From Azolla caroliniana (lineage: Eukaryota; Plantae; Polypodiophyta), in contig JBHGNT010000087.1 in the NCBI GenBank assembly GCA_043228905.1, forward strand, positions 1 through 64,000: 64,000 bases of DNA, written 5' to 3'. Below the pieces are notes generated by a model. It did not search any database. It was not told where the DNA came from and worked only from the letters and a program-made list of their open reading frames with translations. Below are positions 1-14,078 of this stretch, in pieces. Within the stretch, counting starts at the first letter, position 1; each line of letters opens with the position of its first letter. The position numbers were made by a program, and so were the translations under genes.

Positions 1-178
1 CATGTCTCTCGACCTGAGTTTCAAAATCTTGATTTTTTAATTCCATATCATAGCTAGCGTTGTTAGCTTCGAATCGCATGTTTGAACACAAAAATCTGAT
101 ATCACACGAGCCAGGTAGGAACATTTTCATTTACTCAAGGGCTCCCCTCAACTCACTACTCAAATTTGCTAATTTCGT
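1..178 (+). repeat. Representative 178-bp monomer (A-type block TTTACTCAAGGGCTCC)
   Basis: CATGTCTCTCGACCTGAGTTTCAAAATCTTGATTTTTTAATTCCATATCATAGCTAGCGTTGTTAGCTTCGAATCGCATGTTTGAACACAAAAATCTGATATCACACGAGCCAGGTAGGAACATTTTCATTTACTCAAGGGCTCCCCTCAACTCACTACTCAAATTTGCTAATTTCGT; the next copy starts at 179. Confidence 0.99.
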
Positions 179-2316
179 CATGTCTCTCGACCTGAGTTTC
201 AAAATCTTGAGTTTTTTAATTCTATCTCATAGCTAGCGTTGTTAGCTTCGATTCGCATGTTTGAACACAAAAATCCGATATCACACGAGCCAGGTATGAA
301 CATTTTCATTTACTCAAGGGCTCCTCTCAACTCACTACTCAAATTTGGTAATTTCGTCATGTCTCTCGACCTGAGTTTCAAAATCTTGATCTTTTAATTT
401 CATATCATAGCTAGCGTTGTTAGCTTCGTTTCGCATGTTTGAACACAAAAATCCGATATCACACGAGCTAGGTATGAACATTTTCATTTACCTACTAGCT
501 CTTCTCAACTCACTCCTCAAATTTGCTAATTTCCTCATGTCTCTCGACCTGAGTTTCAAAATCTTCATTTTTTAATTCCATATCATAGCTAGCGTTGTTA
601 GCTTCGAATCGCATGTTTGCACACAAAAATCTGATATCACACGACCCAAGTATGAACATTTTAGTTTACCTACTAGCTCTTCTCAACTCACTCCTCAAAT
701 TTGGTAATTTCGTCATGTCTCTCGACCTGAGTTTCAAAATCTTGATTTTTTAATTCCATATCGTATCTAGCATTGTTAGCTTCGTTTCGCATGTTTGAAC
801 ACAAAAATCCGATATCACACGAGCTAGGTATGAACATTTTCATTTACCTACTAGCTCTTCTCAACTCACTCCTCAAATTTGGTAATTTCGTCATGTCTCT
901 CGACCTGAGTTTCAAAATCTTGATTTTTTAATTCCATATCATAGCTAGCGTTGTTAGCTTCGAATCGCATGTTTGAACACAAAAATCCGATATCACACGA
1001 GCCAGGTATGAACATTTTCATTTACTCAAGGGCTCCTCTCAACTCACTCCTCAAATTTGCTAATTTCGTCATGTCTCTCGACCTGAGTTTCAAAATCTTG
1101 ACTTTTTAATTTCATATCATAGCTAGCGATGTTAGCTTCGTTTCGCATGTTTGAACACAAAAATCCGATATCACACGAGCCAGGTATGAACATTTTCATT
1201 TACTCAAGGGCTCCTCTCAACTCACTCCTCAAATTTGCTAATTTCGTCATGTCTCTCGACCGGAGTTTCAAAATCTTGACTTTTTAATTTCATATCATAG
1301 CTAGCGATGTTAGCTTTGTTTCGCATGTTTGAACACAAAAATCCGATATCACACGAGCCAGGTATGAACATTGTAATTTACCTACTAGCTCTTCTCAACT
1401 CACTCCTCAAATTTGGTAATTTCGTCATGTCTCTCGACCTGAGTTTCAAAATCTTCATTTTTTAATTCCATATCATAGCTAGCGTTGTTAGCTTCGAATC
1501 GCATGTTTGAACACAAAAATCCGATATCACACGAGCCAGGTATGAACATTTTCATTTACTCAAGGGCTCCCCTCAACTCACTACTCAAAGTTGCTAATTT
1601 CGTCGTGTCTCTCAACCTGAGTTTCAAAATCTTGATTTTTTAATTCTATCTCATAGCTAGCGTTGTTAGCTTCGTTTTGCAGGTTTGAACACAAAAATCC
1701 GATATCACACGAGCTAGGTATGAACATTTTCATTTACCTACTAGCTCTTCTCAACTCACTCCTCAAATTTGGTAATTTCGTCATGTCTCTCGACCTGAGT
1801 TTCAAAATCTTGATTTTTTAATTCCATATCATAGCTAGCGTTGTTAGCTTCGAATCGCATGTTTGAACACAAAAATCCGATATCACACGAGCCAGGTATG
1901 AACATTTTCATTTACTCAAGGGCTCCTCTCAACTCACTACTCAAATTTGGTAATTTCGTCATGTCTCTCGACCTGAGATTCAAAATCTTGAGTTTTTAAT
2001 TCCATATCGTATCTAGCATTGTTAGCTTCGTTTCGCATGTTTGAACACAAAAATCCGATATCACACGAGCTAGGTATGACCATTTTCATTTACCTACTAG
2101 CTCTTCTCAACTCACTCCTCAAATTTGCTAATTTCGTCATGTCTGTCGACCTGAGTTTCAAAATCTTGATTTTTTAATTCTATATCATAGCTAGCGTTGT
2201 TAGCTTCGAATCGCATGTTTGAACACAAAAATCCGATATCACACGAGCCAGGTATGAACATTTTCATTTACTCAAGGGCTCTTCTCAACTCACTCCTCAA
2301 ATTTGCTAATTTCGTC

Positions 2317-5300
2317 ATGTCTCTCGACCTGAGTTTCAAAATCTTGATTTTTTAATTCCATATCATAGCTAGCGTTGTTAGCTTCGAATCGCATGTTTGA
2401 ACACAAAAATCTGATATCACACGAGCCAGGTAGGAACATTTTCATTTACTCAAGGGCTCCCCTCAACTCACTACTCAAATTTGCTAATTTCGTCATGTCT
2501 CTCGACCTGAGTTTCAAAATCTTGAGTTTTTTAATTCTATCTCATAGCTAGCGTTGTTAGCTTCGATTCGCATGTTTGAACACAAAAATCCGATATCACA
2601 CGAGCCAGGTATGAACATTTTCATTTACTCAAGGGCTCCTCTCAACTCACTCCTCAAATTTGGTAATTTCGTCATGTCTCTCGACCTGAGTTTCAAAATC
2701 TTGATTTTTTAATTCCATATCGTATCTAGCATTGTTACCTTCGTTTCGCATGTTTGAACACAAAAATCCGATATCACACGAGCCAGGTATGAACATTTTA
2801 ATTTACCTACTAGCTCTTCTCAACTCACTCCTCAAATTTGGTAATTTCGTCATGTCCCTCGACCTGGGTTTCAAAATGTTGATTTTTTAATTCCATATCA
2901 TAGCTAGCGTTGTTAGCTTCGAATCGCATGTTTGCACACAAAAATCTGATATCACACGACCCAAGTATGAACATTTTAATTTACCTACTAGCTCTTCTCA
3001 ACTCACTCCTCAAATTTGGTAATTTCGTCATGTCTCTCGACCTGAGTTTCAAAATCTTGATTTTCTAATTCCATATCATAGCTAGAGTTGTTAGCTTCGA
3101 ATCGCATGTTTGAACACAAAAATCCGATATCACACGAGCCAGGTAGGAACATTTTCATTTACTCAAGGGCTCCCCTCAACTCACTACTCAAATTTGCTAA
3201 TTTCGTCATGTCTCTCGACCTGAGTTTCAAAATCTTGACTTTTTAATTTCATATCATAGCTAGCGATGTTAGCTTCGTTTCGCATGTTTGAACACAAAAA
3301 TCCGATATCACACGAGCCAGGTATGAACATTTTCATTTACTCAAGGGCTCCTCTCAACTCACTCCTCAAATTTGCTAATTTCGTCATGTCTCTCGACCTG
3401 AGTTTCAAAATCTTGACTTTTTAATTTCATATCATAGCTAGCGATGTTAGCTTCGTTTCGCATGTTTGAACACAAAAATCCGATATCACACGAGCCAGGT
3501 ATGAACATTTTAATTTACCTACTAGCTCTTCTCAACTCACTCCTCAAATTTGCTAATTTCGTCATGTCTCTCGACCTGAGTTTCAAAATCTTCATTTTTT
3601 AATTCCATATCATAGCTAGCGTTGTTAGCTTCGAATCGCATGTTTGAACACAAAAATCCGATATCACACGAGCCAGGTATGAACATTTTCATTTACTCAA
3701 GGGCTCCTCTCAACTCACTACTCAAATTTGGTATTTTCGTCATGTCTCTCGACCTGAGTTTCAAAATCTTGATCTTTTAATTTCATATCATAGCTAGCGA
3801 TGTTAGCTTCGTTTCGCATGTTTGAACACAGAAATCCGATATCACACGAGCCAGGTATGAACATTTTCATTTACTCAAGGGCTCCCCTCAACTCACTACT
3901 CAAATTTGCTAATTTCGTCATGTCTCTCAACCTGAGTTTCAAAATCTTGATTTTTTAATTCTATCTCATAGCTAGCGTTGTTAGCTTCGTTTCGCAGGTT
4001 TGAGCACAAAAATCCGATATCACACGAGCTAGGTATGAACATTTTCATTTACCTACTAGCTCTTCTCAACTCACTCCTCAAATTTGGTAATTTCGTCATG
4101 TCTCTCGACCTGAGTTTCAAAATCTTGATTTTTTAATTCCATATCATAGCTAGCGTTGTTAGCTTCGAATCGCATGTTTGAACACAAAAATCCGATATCA
4201 CACGAGCCAGGTATGAACATTTTCATTTACTCAAGGGCTCCTCTCAACTCACTACTCAAATTTGGTAATTTCGTCATGTCTCTCGACCTGAGTTTCAAAA
4301 TCTTGAGTTTTTTAATTCTATCTCGTAGCTAGCGTTGTTAGCTTCGTTTCGCATGTTTGAACACAAAAATCCGATATCACACGAGCTAGGTATGAACATT
4401 TTCATTTACCTACTAGCTCTTCTCAACTCACTCCTCAAATTTGGTAATTTCGTCATGTCTCTCGACCTGAGTTTCAAAATCTTGATTTTTTAATTCCATA
4501 TCATAGCTAGCGTTGTTAGCTTCGAATCGCATGTTTGAACACAAAAATCCGATATCACACGAACCAATAATGAACATTTTAATTTACCTACTAGCTCTTC
4601 TCAACTCACTCCTCAAATTTGCTAATTTCGTCATGTCTCTCGACCTGAGTTTCAAAATCTTCATTTTTTAATTCCATATCATAGCTAGCGTTGTTAGCTT
4701 CGAATCGCATGTTTGAACACAAAAATCTGATATCACACGAGCCAGGTAGGAACATTTTCATTTACTCAAGGGCTCCCCTCAACTCACTACTCAAATTTGC
4801 TAATTTCGTCATGTCTCTCGACCTGAGTTTCAAAATCTTGACTTTTTAATTTCATATCATAGCTAGCGATGTTAGCTTCGTTTCGCATGTTTGAACACAA
4901 AAATCTGATATCACACGAGCCAGGTATGAACATTTTAATTTACCTACTAGCTCTTCTCAACTCACTCCTCAAATTTGGTAATTTCGTCATGTCTCTCGAC
5001 CTGAGTTTCAAAATCTTGATTTTTTAATTCCATATCGTATCTAGCATTGTTACCTTCGTTTCGCATGTTTGAACACAAAAATCCGATATCACACGAGCCA
5101 GGTATGAACATTTTAATTTACCTACTAGCTCTTCTCAACTCACTCCTCAAATTTGGTAATTTCGTCATGTCCCTCGACCTGGGTTTCAAAATGTTGATTT
5201 TTTAATTCCATATCATAGCTAGCGTTGTTAGCTTCGAATCGCATGTTTGCACACAAAAATCTGATATCACACGACCCAAGTATGAACATTTTAATTTACC

Positions 5301-8300
5301 TACTAGCTCTTCTCAACTCACTCCTCAAATTTGGTAATTTCGTCATGTCTCTCGACCTGAGTTTCAAAATCTTGATTTTTTAATTCCATATCATAGCTAG
5401 AGTTGTTAGCTTCGAATCGCATGTTTGAACACAAAAATCCGATATCACACGAGCCAGGTAGGAACATTTTCATTTACTCAAGGGCTCCCCTCAACTCACT
5501 ACTCAAATTTGCTAATTTCGTCATGTCTCTCGACCTGAGTTTCAAAATCTTGACTTTTTAATTTCATATCATAGCTAGCGATGTTAGCTTCGTTTCGCAT
5601 GTTTGAACACAAAAATCCGATATCACACGAGCCAGGTATGAACATTTTCATTTACTCAAGGGCTCCTCTCAACTCACTCCTCAAATTTGCTAATTTCGTC
5701 ATGTCTCTCGACCTGAGTTTCAAAATCTTGACTTTTTAATTTCATATCATAGCTAGCGATGTTAGCTTCGTTTCGCATGTTTGAACACAAAAATCCGATA
5801 TCACACGAGCCAGGTATGAACATTTTAATTTACCTACTAGCTCTTCTCAACTCACTCCTCAAATTTGCTAATTTCGTCATGTCTCTCGACCTGAGTTTCA
5901 AAATCTTCATTTTTTAATTCCATATCATAGCTAGCGTTGTTAGCTTCGAATCGCATGTTTGAACACAAAAATCCGATATCACACGAGCCAGGTATGAACA
6001 TTTTCATTTACTCAAGGGCTCCCCTCAACTCACTACTCAAATTTGCTAATTTCGTCATGTCTCTCAACCTGAGTTTCAAAATCTTGATTTTTTAATTCTA
6101 TCTCATAGCTAGCGTTGTTAGCTTCGTTTCGCAGGTTTGAACACAAAAATCCGATATCACACGAGCTAGGTATGAACATTTTCATTTACCTACTAGCTCT
6201 TCTCAACTCACTCCTCAAATTTGGTAATTTCGTCATGTCTCTCGACCTGAGTTTCAAAATCTTGATTTTTTAATTCCATATCATAGCTAGCGTTGTTAGC
6301 TTCGAATCGCATGTTTGAACACAAAAATCCGATATCACACGAGCCAGGTATGAACATTTTCATTTACTCAAGGGCTCCTCTCAACTCACTACTCAAATTT
6401 GGTAATTTCGTCATGTCTCTCGACCTGAGTTTCAAAATCTTGAGTTTTTTAATTCTATCTCGTAGCTAGCGTTGTTAGCTTCGTTTCGCATGTTTGAACA
6501 CAAAAATCCGATATCACACGAGCTAGGTATGAACATTTTCATTTACCTACTAGCTCTTCTCAACTCACTCCTCAAATTTGGTAATTTCGTCATGTCTCTC
6601 GACCTGAGTTTCAAAATGTTGATTTTTTAATTCCATATCATAGCTAGCGTTGTTAGCTTCGAATCGCATGTTTGAACACAAAAATCCGATATCACACGAA
6701 CCAATAATGAACATTTTAATTTACCTACTAGCTCTTCTCAACTCACTCCTCAAATTTGGTAATTTCGTCATGTCTCTCGACCTGAGTTTCAAAATCTTGA
6801 TTTTTTAATTCCATATCATAGCTAGCGTTGTTAGCTTCGAATCGCATGTTTGAACACAAAAATCTGATATCACACGAGCCAGGTAGGAACATTTTCATTT
6901 ACTCAAGGGCTCCCCTCAACTCACTACTCAAATTTGCTAATTTCGTCATGTCTCTCGACCTGAGTTTCAAAATCTTGAGTTTTTTAATTCTATCTCATAG
7001 CTAGCGTTGTTAGCTTCGATTCGCATGTTTGAACACAAAAATCCGATATCACACGAGCCAGGTATGAACATTTTCATTTACTCAAGGGCTCCTCTCAACT
7101 CACTCCTCAAATTTGGTAATTTCGTCATGTCTCTCGACCTGAGTTTCAAAATCTTGATTTTTTAATTCCATATCGTATCTAGCATTGTTACCTTCGTTTC
7201 GCATGTTTGAACACAAAAATCCGATATCACACGAGCCAGGTATGAACATTTTAATTTACCTACTAGCTCTTCTCAACTCACTCCTCAAATTTGGTAATTT
7301 CGTCATGTCCCTCGACCTGGGTTTCAAAATGTTGATTTTTTAATTCCATATCATAGCTAGCGTTGTTAGCTTCGAATCGCATGTTTGCACACAAAAATCT
7401 GATATCACACGACCCAAGTATGAACATTTTAATTTACCTACTAGCTCTTCTCAACTCACTCCTCAAATTTGGTAATTTCGTCATGTCTCTCGACCTGAGT
7501 TTCAAAATCTTGATTTTCTAATTCCATATCATAGCTAGAGTTGTTAGCTTCGAATCGCATGTTTGAACACAAAAATCCGATATCACACGAGCCAGGTAGG
7601 AACATTTTCATTTACTCAAGGGCTCCCCTCAACTCACTACTCAAATTTGCTAATTTCGTCATGTCTCTCGACCTGAGTTTCAAAATCTTGACTTTTTAAT
7701 TTCATATCATAGCTAGCGATGTTAGCTTCGTTTCGCATGTTTGAACACAAAAATCCGATATCACACGAGCCAGGTATGAACATTTTCATTTACTCAAGGG
7801 CTCCTCTCAACTCACTCCTCAAATTTGCTAATTTCGTCATGTCTCTCGACCTGAGTTTCAAAATCTTGACTTTTTAATTTCATATCATAGCTAGCGATGT
7901 TAGCTTCGTTTCGCATGTTTGAACACAAAAATCCGATATCACACGAGCCAGGTATGAACATTTTAATTTACCTACTAGCTCTTCTCAACTCACTCCTCAA
8001 ATTTGCTAATTTCGTCATGTCTCTCGACCTGAGTTTCAAAATCTTCATTTTTTAATTCCATATCATAGTTAGCGTTGTTAGCTTCGAATCGCATGTTTGA
8101 ACACAAAAATCCGATATCACACGAGCCAGGTATGAACATTTTCATTTACTCAAGGGCTCCCCTCAACTCACTACTCAAATTTGCTAATTTCGTCATGTCT
8201 CTCAACCTGAGTTTCAAAATCTTGTTTTTTTAATTCTATCTCATAGCTAGCGTTGTTAGCTTCGTTTCGCAGGTTTGAACACAAAAATCCGATATCACAC

Positions 8301-8500
8301 GAGCTAGGTATGAACATTTTCATTTACCTACTAGCTCTTCTCAACTCACTCCTCAAATTTGGTAATTTCGTCATGTCTCTCGACCTGAGTTTCAAAATCT
8401 TGATTTTTTAATTCCATATCATAGCTAGCGTTGTTAGCTTCGAATCGCATGTTTGAACACAAAAATCCGATATCACACGAGCCAGGTATGAACATTTTCA
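2317..8500 (+). repeat. Imperfect 12/13-monomer higher-order repeat (about 3 copies)
   Basis: The marker monomer CATGTCCCTCGACCTGGGTTTCAAAATGTTG occurs at 2851, 5166 and 7304 (spacings 2315 = 13x178+1 and 2138 = 12x178+2). Each is flanked by the same neighbours: a TTACCTT monomer before, then a TAGAGTT monomer and two GACTTTTT monomers after. Confidence 0.85.
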
Positions 8501-11500
8501 TTTACTCAAGGGCTCCTCTCAACTCACTCCTCAAATTTGCTAATTTCGTCATGTCTCTCGACCTGAGTTTCAAAATCTTGACTTTTTAATTTCATATCAT
8601 AGCTAGCGATGTTAGCTTCGTTTCGCATGTTTGAACACAAAAATCCGATATCACACGAGCCAGGTATGAACATTTTAATTTACCTACTAGCTCTTCTCAA
8701 CTCACTCCTCAAATTTGGTAATTTCGTCATGTCTCTCGACCTGAGTTTCAAAATCTTGATTTTTTAATTCCATATCATAGCTAGCGTTGTTAGCTTCGAA
8801 TCGCATGTTTGAACACAAAAATCCGATATCACACGAGCCAGGTATGAACATTTTCATTTACTCAAGGGCTCCCCTCAACTCACTACTCAAATTTGCTAAT
8901 TTCGTCATGTCTCTCAACCTGAGTTTCAAAATCTTGATTTTTTAATTCTATCTCATAGCTAGCGTTGTTAGCTTCGTTTCGCAGGTTTGAACACAAAAAT
9001 CCGATATCACACGAGCTAGGTATGAACATTTTCATTTACCTACTAGCTCTTCTCAACTCACTCCTCAAATTTGGTAATTTCGTCATGTCTCTCGACCTGA
9101 GTTTCAAAATCTTGATTTTTTAATTCCATATCATAGCTAGCGTTGTTAGCTTCGAATCGCATGTTTGAACACGAAAATCCGATATCACACGAGCCAGGTA
9201 TGAACATTTTCATTTACTCAAGGGCTCCCCTCAACTCACTACTCAAATTTGCTAATTTCGTCATGTCTCTCAACCTGAGTTTCAAAATCTTGATTTTTTA
9301 ATTCTATCTCATAGCTAGCGTTGTTAGCTTCGTTTCGCAGGTTTGAACACAAAAATCCGATATCACACGAGCTAGGTATGAACATTTTCATTTACCTACT
9401 AGCTCTTCTCAACTCACTCCTCAAATTTGGTAATTTCGTCATGTCTCTCGACCTGAGTTTCAAAATCTTGATTTTTTAATTCCATATCATAGCTAGAGTT
9501 GTTAGCTTCGAATCGCATGTTTGAACACAAAAATCCGATATCACACGAGCCAGGTAGGAACATTTTCATTTACTCAAGGGCTCCCCTCAACTCACTACTC
9601 AAATTTGCTAATTTCGTCATGTCTCTCGACCTGAGTTTCAAAATCTTGATTTTTTAATTCCATATCATAGCTAGCGTTGTTAGCTTCGAATCGCATGTTT
9701 GAACACAAAAATCCGATATCACACGAGCCAGGTATGAACATTTTCATTTACTCAAGGGCTCCTCTCAACTCACTACTCAAATTTGGTATTTTCGTCATGT
9801 CTCTCGACCTGAGTTTCAAAATCTTGATTTTTTAATTCCATATCATAGCTAGCGTTGTTAGCTTCGAATCGCATGTTTGAACACAAAAATCCGATATCAC
9901 ACGAGCCAGGTATGAACATTTTCATTTACTCAAGGGCTCCTCTCAACTCACTACTCAAATTTGGTATTTTCGTCATGTCTCTCGACCTGAGTTTCAAAAT
10001 CTTGATCTTTTAATTTCATATCATAGCTAGCGATGTTAGCTTCGTTTCGCATGTTTCAACACAAAAATCCGATATCACACGAGCTAGGTATGACCATTTT
10101 CATTTACCTACTAGCTCTTCTCAACTCACTCCTCAAATTTGCTAATTTCGTCATGTCTCTCGACCTGAGTTTCAAAATCTTGATTTTTTAATTCCATATC
10201 GTAGCTAGCGTTGTTAGCTTCGTTTCGCATGTTTGAACACAAAAATCCGATATCACACGAGCTAGGTATGAACATTTTCATTTACCTACTAGCTCTTCTC
10301 AACTCACTCCTCAAATTTGGTAATTTCGTCATGTCTCTCGACCTGAGTTTCAAAATCTTCATTTTTTAATTCCATATCATAGCTAGCGTTGTTAGCTTCG
10401 AATCGCATGTTTGAACACAAAAATCCGATATCACACGAGCCAGGTATGAACATTTTCATTTACTCAAGGGCTCCTCTCAACTCACTCCTCAAATTTGCTA
10501 ATTTCGTCATGTCTCTCGACCTGAGTTTCAAAATCTTGATTTTTTAATTCCATATCATAGCTAGCGTTGTTAGCTTCGAATCGCATGTTTGAACACAAAA
10601 ATCTGATATCACACGAGCCAGGTAGGAACATTTTCATTTACTCAAGGGCTCCCCTCAACTCACTACTCAAATTTGCTAATTTCGTCATGTCTCTCGACCT
10701 GAGTTTCAAAATCTTGAGTTTTTTAATTCTATCTCATAGCTAGCGTTGTTAGCTTCGATTCGCATGTTTGAACACAAAAATCCGATATCACACGAGCCAG
10801 GTATGAACATTTTCATTTACTCAAGGGCTCCTCTCAACTCACTACTCAAATTTGCTAATTTCGTCATGTCTCTCCACCTAAGTTTCAAAATCTTCATTTT
10901 TTAATTCTATCTCATAGCTAGCGTTGTTAGCTTCGTTTCGCATGTTTGAACACAAAAATCCGATATCACACGAGCCAGGTATGAACATTTTAGTTTACCT
11001 ACTAGCTCTTCTCAACTCACTCCTCAAATTTGGTAATTTGGTCATGTCTCTCGACCTGAGTTTCAAAATCCTGATTTTTTAATTCCATATCATAGCTAGC
11101 GTTGTTAGCTTCGAATCGCATGTTTGAACACAAAAATCCGATATCACACGAACCAATAATGAACATTTTTATTTACCTACTAGCTCTTCTCAACTTACTC
11201 CTCAAATTTGGTAATTTCGTCATGTCTCTCGACCTGAGTTTCAAAATCTTGATTTTTTAATTCCATATCATAGCTAGCGTTGTTAGCTTCGAATCGCATG
11301 TTTGAACACAAAAATCTGATATCACACGAGCCAGGTAGGAACATTTTCATTTACTCAAGGGCTCCCCTCAACTCACTACTCAAATTTGCTAATTTCGTCA
11401 TGTCTCTCGACCTGAGTTTCAAAATCTTCATTTTTTAATTCTATCTCATAGCTAGCGTTGTTAGCTTCGATTCGCATGTTTGAACACAAAAATCCGATAT

Positions 11501-14078
11501 CACACGAGCCAGGTATGAACATTTTAATTTACCTACTAGCTCTTCTCAACTCACTCCTCAAATTTGGTAATTTCGTCATGTCTCTCGACCTGAGTTTCAA
11601 AATCTTGATTTTTTAATTCCATATCATAGCTAGCGTTGTTAGCTTCGAATCGCATGTTTGAACACAAAAATCCGATATCACACGAACCAAGTATGAACAT
11701 TTTAATTTACCTACTAGCTCTTCTCAACTCACTCCTCAAATTTGGTAATTTCTTCATGTCTCTCGACCTGAGTTTCAAAATCTTGCTTTTTTAATTCTAT
11801 ATCATAGCTAGCGTTGTTAGCTTCGAATCGCATGTTTGAACACAGAAATCCGATATCACACGAGCCAGGTATGAACATTTTCATTTACTCAAGGGCTCCT
11901 CTCAACTCACTACTCAAATTTGGTATTTTCGTCATGTCTCTCGACCTGAGTTTCAAAATCTTGATCTTTTAATTTCATATCATAGCTAGCGATGTTAGCT
12001 TCGTTTCGCATGTTTGAACACAGAAATCCGATATCACACGAGCCAGGTATCAACAGTTTCATTTACTCAAGGGCTCCTCTCAACTCACTACTCAAATTTG
12101 GTAATTTCGTCATGTCTCTCGACCTGAGTTTCAAAATCTTGATTTTTTAATTCCATATCGTAGCTAGCGTTGTTAGCTTCGTTTCGCATGTTTGAACACA
12201 AAAATCCGATATCACACGAGCTAGGTATGAACATTTTCATTTACCTACTAGCTCTTCTCAACTCACTCCTCAAATTTGGTAATTTCGTCATGTCTCTCGA
12301 CCTGAGTTTCAAAATCTTGATTTTTTAATTCCATATCGTATCTAGCATTGTTAGCTTCGTTTCGCATGTTTGAACACAAAAATCTGATATCACACGAGCT
12401 AGGTATGACCATTTTCATTTACCTACTAGCTCTTCTCAACTCACTCCTCAAATTTGCTAATTTCGTCATGTCTGTCGACCTGAGTTTCAAAATCTTGATT
12501 TTTTAATTCTATATCATAGCTAGCGTTGTTAGCTTCGAATCGCATGTTTGAACACAAAAATCCGATATCACACGAGCCAGGTATGAACATTTTCATTTAC
12601 TCAAGGGCTCTTCTCAACTCACTCCTCAAATTTGCTAATTTCGTCATGTCTTTCGACCTGAGTTTCAAAATCTTGATTTTTTAATTTCATATCATAGCTA
12701 GCGATGTTAGCTTCGTTTCGCATGTTTGAACACAAAAATCCGATATCACACGAGCCAGGTATGAACATTTTAATTTACCTACTAGCTCTTCTCAACTCAC
12801 TCCTCAAATTTGGTAATTTCGTCATGTCTCTCGACCTGAGTTTCAAAATCTTGATTTTTTAATTCCATATCGTATCTAGCATTGTTAGCTTCGTTTCGCA
12901 TGTTTGAACACAAAAATCCGATATCACACGAGCCAGGTATGACCAAGTATGAACATTTTAATTTACCTACTAGCTCTTCTCAACTCACTCCTCAAATTTG
13001 GTAATTTCGTCATGTCTCTCGACCTGAGTTTCAAAATCTTGATTTTTTAATTCCATATCGTATCTAGCATTGTTACCTTCGTTTCGCATGTTTGAACACA
13101 AAAATCCGATATCACACGAGCCAGGTATGAACATTTTAATTTACCTACTAGCTCTTCTCAACTCACTCCTCAAATTTGGTAATTTCGTCATGTCCCTCGA
13201 CCTGGGTTTCAAAATCTTGATTTTTTAATTCCATATCATAGCTAGCGTTGTTAGCTTCGAATCGCATGTTTGCACACAAAAATCTGATATCACACGACCC
13301 AAGTATGAACATTTTAATTTACCTACTAGCTCTTCTCAACTCACTCCTCAAATTTGGTAATTTCGTCATGTCTCTCGACCTGAGTTTCAAAATCTTGATT
13401 TTTTAATTCCATATCGTATCTAGCATTGTTAGCTTCGTTTCGCATGTTTGAACACAAAAATCCGATATCACACGAGCTAGGTATGAACATTTTCATTTAC
13501 CTACTAGCTCTTCTCAACTCACTCCTCAAATTTGGTAATTTCGTCATGTCTCTCGACCTGAGTTTCAAGATCTTGATTTTTTAATTCCATATCATAGCTA
13601 GCGTTGTTAGCTTCGAATCGCATGTTTGAACACAAAAATCCGATATCACACGAGCCAGGTATGAACATTTTAATTTACCTACTAGCTCTTCTCAACTCAC
13701 TCCTCTAATTTGCTAATTTCGTCATGTCTCTCGACCTGAGTTTCAAAATCTTGATTTTTTAATTCCATATCATAGCTAGCGTTGTTAGCTTCGAATCGCA
13801 TGTTTGAACACAAAAATCTGATATCACACGAGCCAGGTAGGAACATTTTCATTTACTCAAGGGCTCCCCTCAACTCACTCCTCAAATTTGGTAATTTCGT
13901 CATGTCTCTCGACCTGAGTTTCAAAATCTTGATTTTTTAATTCCATATCGTATCTAGCATTGTTAGCTTCGTTTCGCATGTTTGAACACAAAAATCCGAT
14001 ATCACACGAGCCAGGTATGAACATTTTAATTTACCTACTAGCTCTTCTCAACTCACTCCTCAAATTTGCTAATTTCGT

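Noticed and set aside
1-178. Identity with Arabidopsis CEN178/CEN180 or primate alpha satellite
   Set aside because: The length is similar, but I recognise none of their characteristic sequence. A family name cannot be assigned without a BLAST search.
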